A stretch of 64,000 nucleotides of DNA, taken from Scenedesmus sp. PABB004. Lineage: Eukaryota. Each line of letters begins with the position of its first letter. Positions within the stretch are counted from its first letter, which is position 1. Under the pieces are notes generated by a model, which was given only the letters and a program-made list of their open reading frames with translations, was not told the DNA's origin and made no database searches. The position numbers and the translations under genes are program-made. The stretch is from the NCBI GenBank assembly GCA_014905635.1, contig JABVCE010000007.1, forward strand, positions 992,001 to 1,056,000. The letters run 5' to 3'. Positions 12,304-23,276 of the stretch are shown here, piece by piece.

Positions 12304-13344
12304 ATGGCGCTCCGCAGCCTGGCGCGCGCGGCGGCGCTGGTGCCAGCCGGGCACGTGAGCGCGCTCTGGCGCGGAGCAGTGCCGGCGCGCGGCGGAGCCC
12401 CGGCGCGCTGGGGCCTGCACCGGCAGTATGTGAAGCCGCCCCTACTTGCTGGCGGCGAGCCAGCGGGCGGTCAGCCTTACATCAAGGGCAGGCTGCCGGC
12501 CGAGCAGCTGCACCTAGAGGAGCTGATGAAGCACCTGCAGGTGCGCGTCCGCGCGGGTGCAGGGTGCGCTGCGACTGCTCTTGTCCCACGCGGCAGCTGC
12601 GCTGTCACCGCGCAGGGCATTGTGGTTTCCAGCGCTGCGCCTGGTCTCGTCCCACGCACCCCCTACATTCTCAACGCGCAGGGCGAGCCGGTTTGCAGCG
12701 CGTTCGCCGTGCGCGGGGCAGCCAGCGGGGTTGAGGTCTACCGCGTGGCCGTGTTGGAGGGCGCCGAGCTCGTGCACGGCAGCAAGGACGCGACGATGGA
12801 CGCGCTGCGCGAGGCCTGCGGCGGCCACCCGGGGCTCTACGTCTGGGTGCTGCACAACGCCGAGGGCAAAGCTGCGGCCAGTTACCTCGGCAGGGCAGGC
12901 AACATTTACAAGCGCAACACGGGCTACGTGCACGCCGCACCGAACGGGCACAGCGTGCTGGGCTTTGGCGACAAGAAGACGCAGGGCAAGTACAAGACGA
13001 TGGAAAACGCGCTGGACAACAAGCTGTCGCTGGACCTCTGGTGAGCGCCGCGCGGCGTGGGTCCGGCGCGCGGTGAGCGCCTGCGGTCGGCCGCGCGCCG
13101 GCGGCGGCAGCTGACACTGCCGCGCGCGCTGGCTGCCGCTCCCTTGCACAGGCTCATGCCCATGCGCGGCGCGAGCGTGCAGGCCGTCAAGCAGGCTGAG
13201 GAGGAGGGGCTGCGGGGGCTTGATTTTGCGCTCAACACCGTGCACAACACTGGCAGGCGGCCCATCAGCCTGGTCAACCAATGGCCCTCCGAGTATTTCA
13301 TGCAAGTTGGCCGGCTCGACAGCACGCGGTGGCGGGGCCGCTGA
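12304..13344 (+). CDS. GIY-YIG nuclease-domain protein (ET-like), copy 2, no SAP domain; exons 12304-12540, 12616 (or 12682)-13040, 13152-13344
   Basis: Paralog of copy 1: PGLYVWVL...SYLGRAGNIYKRNTGY, LWLMPM...QAEEEGLRGLDFALNTVHNTGRR; same intron positions. Confidence 0.72.
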
Positions 13345-14009
13345 GCGCGTGCGGCGGCTGAGCATGCGGCCCTGCGCGGCGCGGTGGGGTGGCGCAGCTT
13401 GCGGGTGGGGGCGGCGCGGCTTTGAGGCGGCGCGGCTGCGTCGATGGCTGCGTTGACGGCGCCGGCACGGCGCGGGAGGTCGGGATCGGTCCAGCAGCCC
13501 CGGGCGGGTTGGCGCGCCATTGCACTCACAAGAATAAACCAGCCGCGCATGCCGCTGGCGGCGCCGGCTGCCCTGTGGCGGCCGCGCCGGCTGCTCTGTG
13601 GCGGCCGGGCCGTGTGACGTGATTAGTCATGCGCTCGGTCGGCCGCGCGTGTGACGAGGCCGATCGGGCGGGCGGACGCACAACAGGCACCGTCAGCAGC
13701 AAGTCCGGCCATTTTTCACAAGCTCCCAAGCCCTGCAGGCTGGCGCCGCAGCGCGCACGACCGCCGAACGCGGCCGCCCACGCGCGGGGTGCCAGCGGCC
13801 GGGCTGGCCGCGCGCTGTCCAGGCTGCAGCGGCGCGCTCACAGCACACCGCTCGCCCGACTGCCGGCCAGCGCCGCGCGCGCCCAGACCCGCGGCGGCAC
13901 GCGGGCGCGTCCAAGACCGCGGCGTTTTACCGCGCCGCCGCGCGGCCGTGTGCGAGTTCCGCGATCTCTGCCGCGCTCCGTCGACGTTTTCATACCACGC
14001 CCCAGCATC

Positions 14010-15452
14010 ATGGCGCGCCTCACCGCGCTGCTCGCGCTCCTGCTGGTCGCAGCGCGCGGCAGCGGCGCCGCCGATGCCGGCGCCGCCCCCGCCTCCGCCT
14101 GGCTCGCGTCGACGCGCGCGGCGGGCCACGCCCAGGACGCGCTGTCCCAGACGGTCGCGGCCTTCATGGGCGGCCGGCCGACCGCCGGCGGCGCCGCCGG
14201 CAGCGGCAGCGGCAGCGGCGCGGCCGCGGGCCTGCTCCACGCGCCCAAGCTGATCCAGGCCGCGCTGCAGGGAGCCCTCGCTCCAAGTGACCACGCAGAC
14301 GGCGGCCTGCACAGCGTGCTCGAGGGCTCCGCCGCGCTCGCGCCCGCGGCGGCGCAGCTCGCGAGCAGCCTGCTGGTCAACGAGCTCGCCACGCCCGGCG
14401 CGCGCGCGGTGGAGCGGCTGCAGCAGCTCGGCCAGATCGCGCTTGACCTGCAGGGCCAGGCCGAGTGAGCCCCGCGCGCGCGCCCGTGGGCCCTGCGGGA
14501 GGGAGCCCGCGCGCGGCCACCCGCCATCATCGCCCCCCCCCCCCCCACACGCGCGCCGCGGGCCCGCCGCCGCCCTGCGCAGGGCGTGCGGGGCGTACAC
14601 CTTCACTCCCGGCGGCGCGCGCGTGAACGCCAAGTGGACGGGCCCCACCTTCACGCTCACCGCGGCGACCGGCGCGTGCGAGGTGCTGCCGTCCCTCACC
14701 GGCGCGGGCAACACGCGCTGGACGCAGGCGCAGACCGTGCTCTCCTGCACCGCGCCCGCCGTGTCGTGGGCGTGGACGCCGCTGTCCTACGCCGGCGCCT
14801 CGCGCGAGCTCACCGAGCTCACGGGCCCCAAGTGCGCGCCCGAGGTGACGCTGGGGTCGCCGGTCGAGGTGACGCTCTACGGCGGCGAGCCGGGGCTCAA
14901 GTTTGACAGCGAGAAGGACTTTTACGCCGCGGTGACGCTCAACAAGACCTTTGACTTCAGCACCCGCGAGCTGCGGTGCGGCGGGGTCGCGAGCGCCGCG
15001 GCGCGGCGCACGGCGGCTGCGCGCGGCGGGGCGGCTGCCGCGTGGCGCGGAGCGGCAGCCGCGCGCGACCGACCGCCGCGCCGCGCCGCGTGGCCGCAGG
15101 GCGGCGGCGGCGAGCCTGCAGGCGAAGCTCGACGCGGGGCAGCTCAAGCTCGAGGAGCTGCTCGCCGCCGCGGCGCCCGACGGCGACGCCGCGGTCATCC
15201 TGCCCGCGCCCGCGCAGCTGCACGAGCGGCTGCTGGCGGGCGCCGGCGCGGCCAAGGCCGCGGCCGGCGATGCCGCAGCCCAGCTGCTGGCCGAGCTGTC
15301 CAAGGGTGCGCGCGCGCGCGCGCGGTGCCGGCGGCGCCGCGCCCAGTGGGACGCCTCCCCTGACCGGGACCTCGGCCCGCCCCCCGCCGCCCGCAGGCGC
15401 CCTGGCCAAGGGCGTCGGGCGCAGCATGTTTGCCAAGCGGGCCTGGGCGTGA
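14010..15452 (+). CDS. Secreted protein of unknown function; multi-exon
   Basis: Signal peptide MARLTALLALLLVAARGSG; introns from 14465 (GTGAGC) and 14976 (GTGCGG); beta-rich Cys-containing exon ACGAYTFTPGG...KWTGPTFTLTAATGACEV...FDFST. Confidence 0.65.
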
Positions 15453-15909
15453 GGTGACTGGCAGCAGGGCAGGGCGGAGCACAGGCGGGTGATCAGGGCG
15501 CGGAGGGCGGGCGTTCGGAGCAGGGCGCGGGCTGGGCACAATTGCAGTTGGGCGGCGGCGCGTGATCCAGCTGCGGTTGGAATGAAAGCGAATGGAAGCG
15601 AAGCGAGCGCGAGCGGAGGGAGGAGCGACGCGGAGCGGCTCGCACCGACGTGAGCGCTTCCACCGCGCCGCCGGGCGGCTCCGGCGATCGCCGCCGCCCC
15701 GCGCACGCACAGGCGCGCGCAGCCCCCTCCCTCGCTGCCGCCCCTGCCCGCCCTCCTCGCCCGCCCCCGCCCCCGCCGCGCCCCTCGGCGCCGCCGCCGC
15801 GCCAGCCCCGCCACCCCGCCGCGCCAGCCCCGCCACCCCGCCGCGCCAGCCCCGCCACCCCGCTTCGCCAGCCCGCCGCCCCGCCGCACAACGCCGTCAC
15901 TCGGCGCCG

Positions 15910-18900
15910 TCACTTGTTCATCACGCCGCGGTGCAGCTGCTGCAGGAAGTCCGCAAAGCCCAGCTGGCCCTGGCTGCGGTCCTCGACGAACAGCGGCACC
16001 ACGTGCGCCTCGAGCGGCGTGCCCTGCCGCAGCGCAAACGCGGGCGCAAAGCTGCTGCTGTGCCGCGCGCGCAGCGCGGCGAGCACGCGGCAGACGCGCG
16101 CGGAGAGCGCCGAGCCCTCGCGCGGCGGCTCCAGCGGCAGCGTCGACGGGTCGACGCCCGGGTTGGCGCCCTCGGGGCCGAGCACCTGCGCGGGGGCGCG
16201 CGTCGCACGGCGGCGGCGGCGGTGTCAGCGGGGGCGGGCGCTCGGCGCGCACGCCGGACGGGCCCGCCCGCGCGGCGCGGGCTGGCGCCGGCGCCGCGCC
16301 TGCGTGAGCCACGCGGGCGAGGCCTCGCGGCCGAGCCAGAGCACCAGCAGCTGGCCGTTGTCCAGCAGGTACACGCCGCTCGAGTGGAGGTACGCGAGGC
16401 TCGCCGGCACCGCGCCCGCAGCACCACCTGCGCCGGACGGCGCGGCCGCGGCGCCGCGCTCGACAAAAACTGGGCGCGCCGGGCGCGCCGCGCTGCATGC
16501 AGCGCCGCACACGGATCCTCTCGCTCCCCGCGGCGCCGCCCGCCCGCCCCGCGCGCCCAGGTGCCGCCGCCGCTCCCGCCGCGCACCTCTCCCTTGTCCT
16601 GGTTGCCCCAGGCGGGCGAGTCGTCGAGCACGTAGACGTCTGGGTAGGCCAGCGTGAGCGTCTCGTCGACCGGCGCGGCCATGAGCATGTGCGCCGCCGC
16701 GGCGCGCTCGTCCGCCGACACGTCGCGCCCCGAGCCCCTGCGCGTCCGAGTTGTGCGCGGCGCGGCGTCGGCCCCCCCGCTGGCCGCGCCTGCGCGACGC
16801 CTCCGTGGACGCGCACGTGCACGTGCACACACAGACACAAACAGATGCACAACAGCCGGGACAGACACACACAGGCGCAGCGCGCAGCAGCACGTGCGCG
16901 CGCGCCTGAAGGCGGTGCTCTTGATGAGCCCCATCACGTAGGCGGGCAGGTAGCGCAGCGTGGCGGGGTAGATGAGCGCGCCCGGGTTGCGCACGTGCGC
17001 GCCGTGCAGCAGGCGGTACTCCTTCAGCGACAGCGACAGCTTGGTCTGCGGGAGGGGCGGCGTGCGGGGGCGCGGGGCAGTGGTGCGCGAGGCGTGGTCA
17101 GGCGCGCGAGGCGCGGACGGGGGGCGTGAGGCGCGGAGGGGGCACGGGCGTGGGAGGGCCAGGACGCTGGCGGCGGCGCGCAGGGGGTGCAGAGGCGCGG
17201 CGGGCGGGCGGGCGGGTGCGGCGCACCATGAGCGCTGTGCGCGTGTCGTCGAGCTTGGCCATGAGGGTCTTCTCCACGCCCAGCTTGGCGAGCAGGCAGG
17301 CCGTGGCGCCGCCGTCGGCGGCGCGGTACAGCTCCGACAGCTCCGTCAGCACCGGCAGCATCATCGTGTGCACCCTGGCGCCGGCGGCGGCGGCCGCGAC
17401 GCGGCGGGCGCGTTGGCGGCCGCGCGTCGGCGACCGCCTCGGGCGCGGGCACGGCGGCTGGGGCGGCCAGGGCGCGGCGCGGGGTGCCCCCGCACCTGAT
17501 GCGGCGCTCGCCGTTGCTGCTTGTGTGCAGCAGCGCGCACTGCACGTACGCGACGGGGCCGTTGACCAGTGTCTCCTCGTGCCCGATCTGCACCGCAAAC
17601 GCCTTGTCCGGGTCGCACGTCGGCAGCGCGAGCAGGTCGGTGCTGCGGCGCGGCGCGGCGGCGGCGGCGGCGGCGGCGCGGGCGTCGGCGCGGCGCCCCT
17701 GCGCGGCGCGCTCCGCCGGCGCTCGCGCCGGCGCAGGGGCGCGCGCGCCGCTGCCGCCGCTGCCGCCGCCGCCGCCGCGCGCGGGGTTCTACCTGCGGTT
17801 GAAGAAGTGGCCGTGGAAAGACCCGATCTTGAGCCCGCGGCTGCAGCGGATGCGCATGACCGCCTCCCACGCGGTCGCGCGCGTCAGGTTGCGCGTGAGC
17901 TCGGCCGCCAGCTTCGGGCCGTCGCGGGGCGCGTTGAACCCCGGGTAGTGGTAGACCTGGCAGGGTTTAGGGAGGAGGGGTGCCGGCGGTGCAGGCAGTG
18001 AGCGGGTTCAGCGCGGCGGCGGCGGGTCGGCGGGTGTGCCACACGTGCGCCCCGCAGCCCCCGGCAGCAGCGCGCGGCGCGGCACAGCTCCGGCGCGCGC
18101 CTGGCCGCAGGTGTATCGCGGGATGGCGGCGAGCGACGCGAGGTCGGCGTAGCCGGGCGCGCCGAGGAAAACGTCGAGGCTGATCTGCCGGCTGCTCGCC
18201 TCGCCGGCGTAGCGCTTGAAGAACGGGTCCTCCGGGTTGCGCAGCCCCGGCTCGCGGTCGGTGCCGTAGAGTGAGAGGTTCTCCCGGCTCGGCTTGAGCT
18301 TGCCGGGGCCGAGGCTCGGCGGCGCGGCCTGGAAGAGCAGGAGCTTGCCGCCGACGTGGCCCATGACCAGGAAGGCGGCCTGTGTGTGTGTGTGTGTGTG
18401 TGGTGGGGGGGGGGCACGGGGGAGCGGCGCGGGGGAGAGGGTGAGTGAGTGAAGCGGGGAGGGCGAGTGAGGGCGGCAGGCGGGGCGGCGCGGCGGGGCG
18501 AGGGACGGGGAGGCGCGGCGGCAGGGTGGGCAGCGAGCGCGCGCGCCTGCAGCGCGGGTCCCATCGCCGAGTCTGCGCTCGTCGCGGGCGAGTAGCCGCC
18601 CGGCAGCGCGTCGAGCAGCGCCTCGACGACGGGGCGGCTGTCGCGCAGGTTGACAAGCAGGTCGTCCGGCAGCGGCAGGAACGGCTCGTCCAGCTCCGGC
18701 ACGACCAGCATCTGGCGGGGGTCGAGTGAGACAGGCGGCGGCGGGCGGCGGGGCGCGGCGCGTGGGCGTGAAGAAGGGGGGTGAGCGGCGCGGCGGCGCG
18801 GCGTGCCCAGCAGTGTGCCCAGCGCGCGCGCGGCGGGCCAGCCCGGCCCAGCGCAGCCCGGCGCAACCCGGCGCAGCCCGGCGGTGCGTCGTGCCTGTGG

Positions 18901-21733
18901 CGCGGCGAGCGAGGCCTTGAGGTTGTAAAAGTGCAGCGCGCTGTCGTAGGTGAGGAAGCCCACGAGCGTGCGCTCATCGCCGGGGAGGGCGTCGAGGGAC
19001 GCCCGGATCGCGTCGCACACGACGCGCACCATGCCGCTCGCGTAGGCGGCGGCGCTGACGTCGATCGCGAAAAAGTAGACCGGCGGCATCGGCGGCCGCA
19101 CCTGGGGGTCAGCGTGCGCGGGGGCGCGAGGGAGGAGGGGTGGGTGGCGCGGCGGGCGGCGGCGGTGGTCAGCGGCGCGACAGGCGGCGGGCGGGCGCGA
19201 GGAGGGGGGCGAGCGGCGGCGGGCGGCGGCGCAGTGCGCGGAGCAGTCAGTGCGAGGGAGGGGTGAGCGGGGCGGGCGGCGCGCGCGGCGCGGCGCACCA
19301 TGTACTCCTGCGGCGCGACCCACTCGACCGTGCCGCAGCTCAGCTCGGGCCGCTCCGCGACGTCGCGCCTGCGCGGCGGCGGCGCGGCGCGGCCGCGCGC
19401 TCGGCGGCCGCCCTGCGCCGCCGCCCTGCGCCGCCGCGCGCAGCGCTGCCCGTCCCGCCCAGTCTGTCTCTCTCCCTCTCCCTCTCTCCCTCTCTCCCTC
19501 TGTCCGTCACACGCACCGCACGCCGTTGGCGTCGAGCGTCGCAAAGTACTCGACCGGGACCTCGTTGAGCATCGCGCACACGTTGCACTTGAAGCGCCGC
19601 CCGCCGTCGACCCACGTGCAAAAGGGGTTCATGTAGGTGCGGCAGCGCCGGCACCGCACGATGCCCTGGCTGCCGAGCGGGATGACCGGCACGGACCGCC
19701 CCGCCGCCTCGTCGGCCATCGGCCGCACGATGATGCCGAGCGGCAGCTGCCACCTGCGCCGCGGCGGCGGGCGCGGCGGCGGGCGGCAGGCCCGGCGGGT
19801 GCGGCGGCGGGCGCGGCGGGCACGGTCAGACCACGCCGGCCGGGCAGGCGGGGGGCGCGGCGTGCGCGCGCGCCCAGCGCACCGCAGGCGCAGCGCGGTG
19901 CTGTTGGGCACGCCCACGACGGTGGGGCGCATGTTGTCGGCGCTGCAGTTGGCGCGGTCGTAGAGCGGCTGCGGCGCGCGCGCGGCGGCGCGCTCGTCGC
20001 CCACGGGGCGCGGGAACGTGCGGCTGTCGGCCTCGGGCGCGCCCGGGCCCGCCGAGAGCAGCAGCGACTCAAACTGCTCGACCAGGCGCTGCGGCGGCGC
20101 GGGTCGGCGCGGTGCGGCGCGGGTCGGACGGCCGCGGAGCGGAGCGCGCCGGGCGCCGGGCGCCGCCGCGGCAGCGCGCGCGCCCTCACCTGGCCCGCGT
20201 ACGCGTCGTAGCCGCCCGCTGCGCCGCCGGGCACGGGCGCGCCGCCGCCGGGCGGCATGCCCATGCCTGGCATCGGCGGGCGCGGGCCCATCGGCGGGCC
20301 CGGCATGCCTGCGCGCGGCGGCGGCGGGGTGGAGGGTGAGCCGCGGCGGGGCAGGGCGCGGGGCGCGGGCCGGCCGCCGGCCGGCAGCTGACGGTGAAGC
20401 AGCGCGCCGCGCCGCGCACGCACCCGGCGCGAAGCCCGGCGCGCCGCCCGCGGGGCCGGGGCCGCCTGGCAGGGGCGGCCCCTGGGGCCGGAAGCCCTGC
20501 GGCGGCCCGAGCGGCATTGCGCCGCCCGGCATCGGCGGCGGCTGCTGCTGCGGCTGCTGCTGCTGCATTGCAAACCCTCCCGGCGGCTGCCCCGGCGCCA
20601 TGCCACCCGCCATCGGGCGCGGCGCTGCGCCCATCTGGCCAGGCGGCATGCCAGCAAAGCCGCCGCCCCCAGCGGCTGCTGCTGCAGGGCGCCTGTGGAG
20701 CAGCAGCGCGCGCGTGTGCCACCACGTGGGTGGCTGCGCGGGCAGGGCGCGCGCCTGCACATGCGGCGCCGCCGCCAGCCAGCGCGCACCTGGCGGCCGC
20801 GGCCCCCAGGGGGCCCTCCGAGCGGTCGCGGGTAGCCTGCCTGCGGCCCTGGCGGCCCCTGGAACGCCGGCGCGCCGCCGGGCGGGCCCTGGAAGGCCGG
20901 CGCGCCGCCGGGCGGGCCCTGGAACGCCGGCGCGCCGCCGGGCGGGCCCTGGAACGCCGGCGCGCCGCCGGGCGGGCCCTGGAACGCCGGCGCGCCGCCG
21001 GGCGGGCCCTGGAACGCCGGCGCGCCGCCCGGCGGGCCCTGGAACGCCGGCGGGCGCGCCAGCGGGCCGCCCGGGGCCCCGCCGGCGCCTGCTGCTGCGG
21101 CATGCCCGGCGGCGCGAACGGCGGCCCGCCCATGCCTCCGGGCGGCCGCTGCAGCGGCTGCATGCCCGGCGGCGCCATGCCCGGCGGCGCCATGCCCGGC
21201 GCGCCTGCGGCGGCGGCGGTTGCGGCAGCGTCGAGCGTCGACGGCACGCTCGCAGCCGGCACCGCGCGCTGCTGCTGCCGCGGGCAGCGCACCCGGCGGC
21301 ATCATCATGCTCCCACCCGGCCCTGCCATGGGACCAGGGCCCGGCGCGCCGGGCGGCGGCCCGAAGCCGCCTGCAGCGCAGCGGCGGAGCGGTTGGCGGC
21401 CGCGGCGGCGCTGCCGACGCCGGCCCCGCCCGCTGCGGCAGGCGCGTGGCCGAGCGAGCGGCGTGCTGCCGGCGGGGCCGCCCAGGCCGGGCGCCGCGCC
21501 CGGCAGGCGCTGGCGGGCCGATCACGGCGCAGCAGCACGCACCTGGGGCGCCAGGCGGCCGCGGGCCCGGTCCCACGCCCTGACCCGGGTAGGCACCTGC
21601 GTCGGCATCACGCGTGAGCGCGCCCGCGACCCCTCACCGCGCGGGCAGGTGGCCGGCAGCTGGTGCAGCCTCCCGGCCGGCCTCTCTCCGCACCCGGTGC
21701 GCCCGGCGGCTGGCCGCCGTAGTAGTTCGACAT
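15910..21733 (-). CDS. SEC24: COPII coat protein Sec24 (Sec24A-like); multi-exon
   Basis: Zn finger IVRCRRCRTYMNPF...[87 protein letters not shown], gelsolin SSGVYLLDNG; Pro/Gly-rich N-terminus from MSNYYGGQPPG. Confidence 0.95.
20856..21066 (-). repeat. Coding 30-bp tandem repeat encoding (PPGGAPAFQG) x~7 in the Sec24 N-terminal region
   Basis: GGCGGGCCCTGGAACGCCGGCGCGCCGCCG repeated on the + strand. Confidence 0.9.
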
Positions 21734-22214
21734 CTCCGCGCTGCGCTGCGCTCCCGCCCGGCTCCGCTAGACAGACATGGCGGCGGCGGCGGGCGGCTGT
21801 TGCCGGTGCGGCGTGCTGCTCCCTCGCAACGCGCGCGCGCGTCGGCGGCGCTTGCGGCTTGGGCGTCGGTCGGAGGCGAGCTGCGGATGATCTGGGGCCC
21901 GTGGCTGGCCGCGGCGGGAGACCGCCGCTGCTCTCCTGGGGTTCAGGGTGCGCCGCCGTCGCGGGACCCGTGCGCCGCAACGGCGGCAGCCGCGGCGGCA
22001 GCCGCGGGCGCGCCAGCGCACATGATTACCGCCCGCTGCCGCACCGCTCCGACGCCGAAAACCAACAACGCGCGGCCGGCCAGGGCCCCCGCCGCCGCGC
22101 CAACGCAATGCCGCCGCCGCGCCGCCGCCACGCGCGGCTGCCCAGACGCGCGGCGCGCTCACTGCGCTCGCTGCTCTCACTGCGGCGCTCGCCGCGCGCT
22201 CGCTGCGCGCTCGC

Positions 22215-22856
22215 TCACTGCGAGTACGGCACTATGCTGCCCGGCTCGTACGCAAAGGGCTCCTGCAGGCCGAGCATCGCGTCCAGCGTCACCTTCAGCA
22301 GCAGCGCGCCGCCGCCGAGCGCGAGCAGCGCGAGCGCCGCGCTGCCGGGGCGCCGGAACGCGGCGAGCACGGGCTGGACCATGACGTAGCCGGTGCCCAG
22401 CATGACCGTCACGAAGTAGCGCCCGTACTTGGCGACGTTGCCCCAAAACTCCTCGCCCTCCGCGACGTCGGCGAGCGCCGACGCGGCCACGTGGTGCGCC
22501 GCGCCGCCGTCCGCCGCGGCCGCGCCGCCCGGCGCCGCCAGCGCGACCGCGAGCGCGGCCGCGGCGAGCAGGCCGCACGCGGCCGCGCCGCCGCCGCCGC
22601 CCGCGGCGCGCGCCCACAGCAGCGCCCACGCGCCGCCGTCGGCCCGCGGCGCCGCCGGCGCCGGCTGCTCCTGCGCCTGCGACGTCTGCTGCTGCTGCTG
22701 CTGTGCGACCGGCTGCGCCCGCGCCGCCGCGCGCAGCCCGCGCGGCAGCGGCGCCGCCGCGGCGCCGGCGCGGCGCGGCAGCAGCGCGGCCGCCGCCGCT
22801 GCCGGGCGGCGCGCTGCGGCGCGGCTGCCGGCGTGGGTGCGCGCTAGGCAGGCCAT
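22215..22856 (-). CDS. Ycf33/DUF751-family plastid membrane protein, single exon
   Basis: EEFWGNVAKYGRYFVTVMLGTG...LLLKVTLDAMLGL matches the DUF751 pattern; transit-like N-terminus from ATG 22856. Confidence 0.8.
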   Translation of the reverse strand: MACLARTHAGSRAAARRPAAAAAALLPRRAGAAAAPLPRGLRAAARAQPVAQQQQQQTSQAQEQPAPAAPRADGGAWALLWARAAGGGGGAAACGLLAAAALAVALAAPGGAAAADGGAAHHVAASALADVAEGEEFWGNVAKYGRYFVTVMLGTGYVMVQPVLAAFRRPGSAALALLALGGGALLLKVTLDAMLGLQEPFAYEPGSIVPYSQ

Positions 22857-23276
22857 GGCCGGGCGCACGGGGCAATCGCGGGACGGGGCGCGCTGCGCGG
22901 CCTCGGCGCGATGCGGAGGTCTGGCGCGCGTGGGGGTGTCGCTGCGCGAGTGCGGCGTGGCCGGGTGGCCTGCAATGGTCGCGCGGCGTCGGAGGCCGCC
23001 CCCCCCCCCCCCCCCCGCCTGCTGCTGAGCAATTGCCCAGGTTTCTGCTGCAGCAAGTCGCGGTGCTGCCGCCGCTCCCTCTCGCGGCCGCAGACCGCCC
23101 CCCTCCCACCCGGAGCTGCCGCCTCCTCGCCGCCCGACTCGGCGCCCGTCGGCGCGCCGCCGCCGCCGCAACCGCCGCCGCGCAGCAGCGAGCGAGCGAG
23201 GCCTGCCCCGCGTGCGCACCAGCAGGCGCCGTGCCAGCAGCCACCCGGGGCGCGCAGGCGCGCCAGGGCCAGGGCC

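Larger units (their letters stand above)
9550..13565 (+). repeat. Tandem segmental duplication, unit ~2.0-2.3 kb (approx. 9550-11670 and 11820-13565)
   Basis: Upstream non-coding blocks align (GTGCCTCGCA.ACCCGTG...GCAGCTCCGCTGC...GCTGACGGCG; GGCAAAAGGTGGG.GCTGCGGGCTGCTAGGCGCCG), as do the intron-2 5' ends and the 3' flanks (GCGCGGCGGGAGGTCGGGATCGGT-like; CAGCCGCGCATGCCGCTGGCGG). Confidence 0.9.

Noticed and set aside
9550..13565. Penelope-like element or homing-endonuclease intron as the source of the GIY-YIG genes
   Set aside because: No reverse transcriptase or group I intron context; the genes have spliceosomal introns and ET-type motifs
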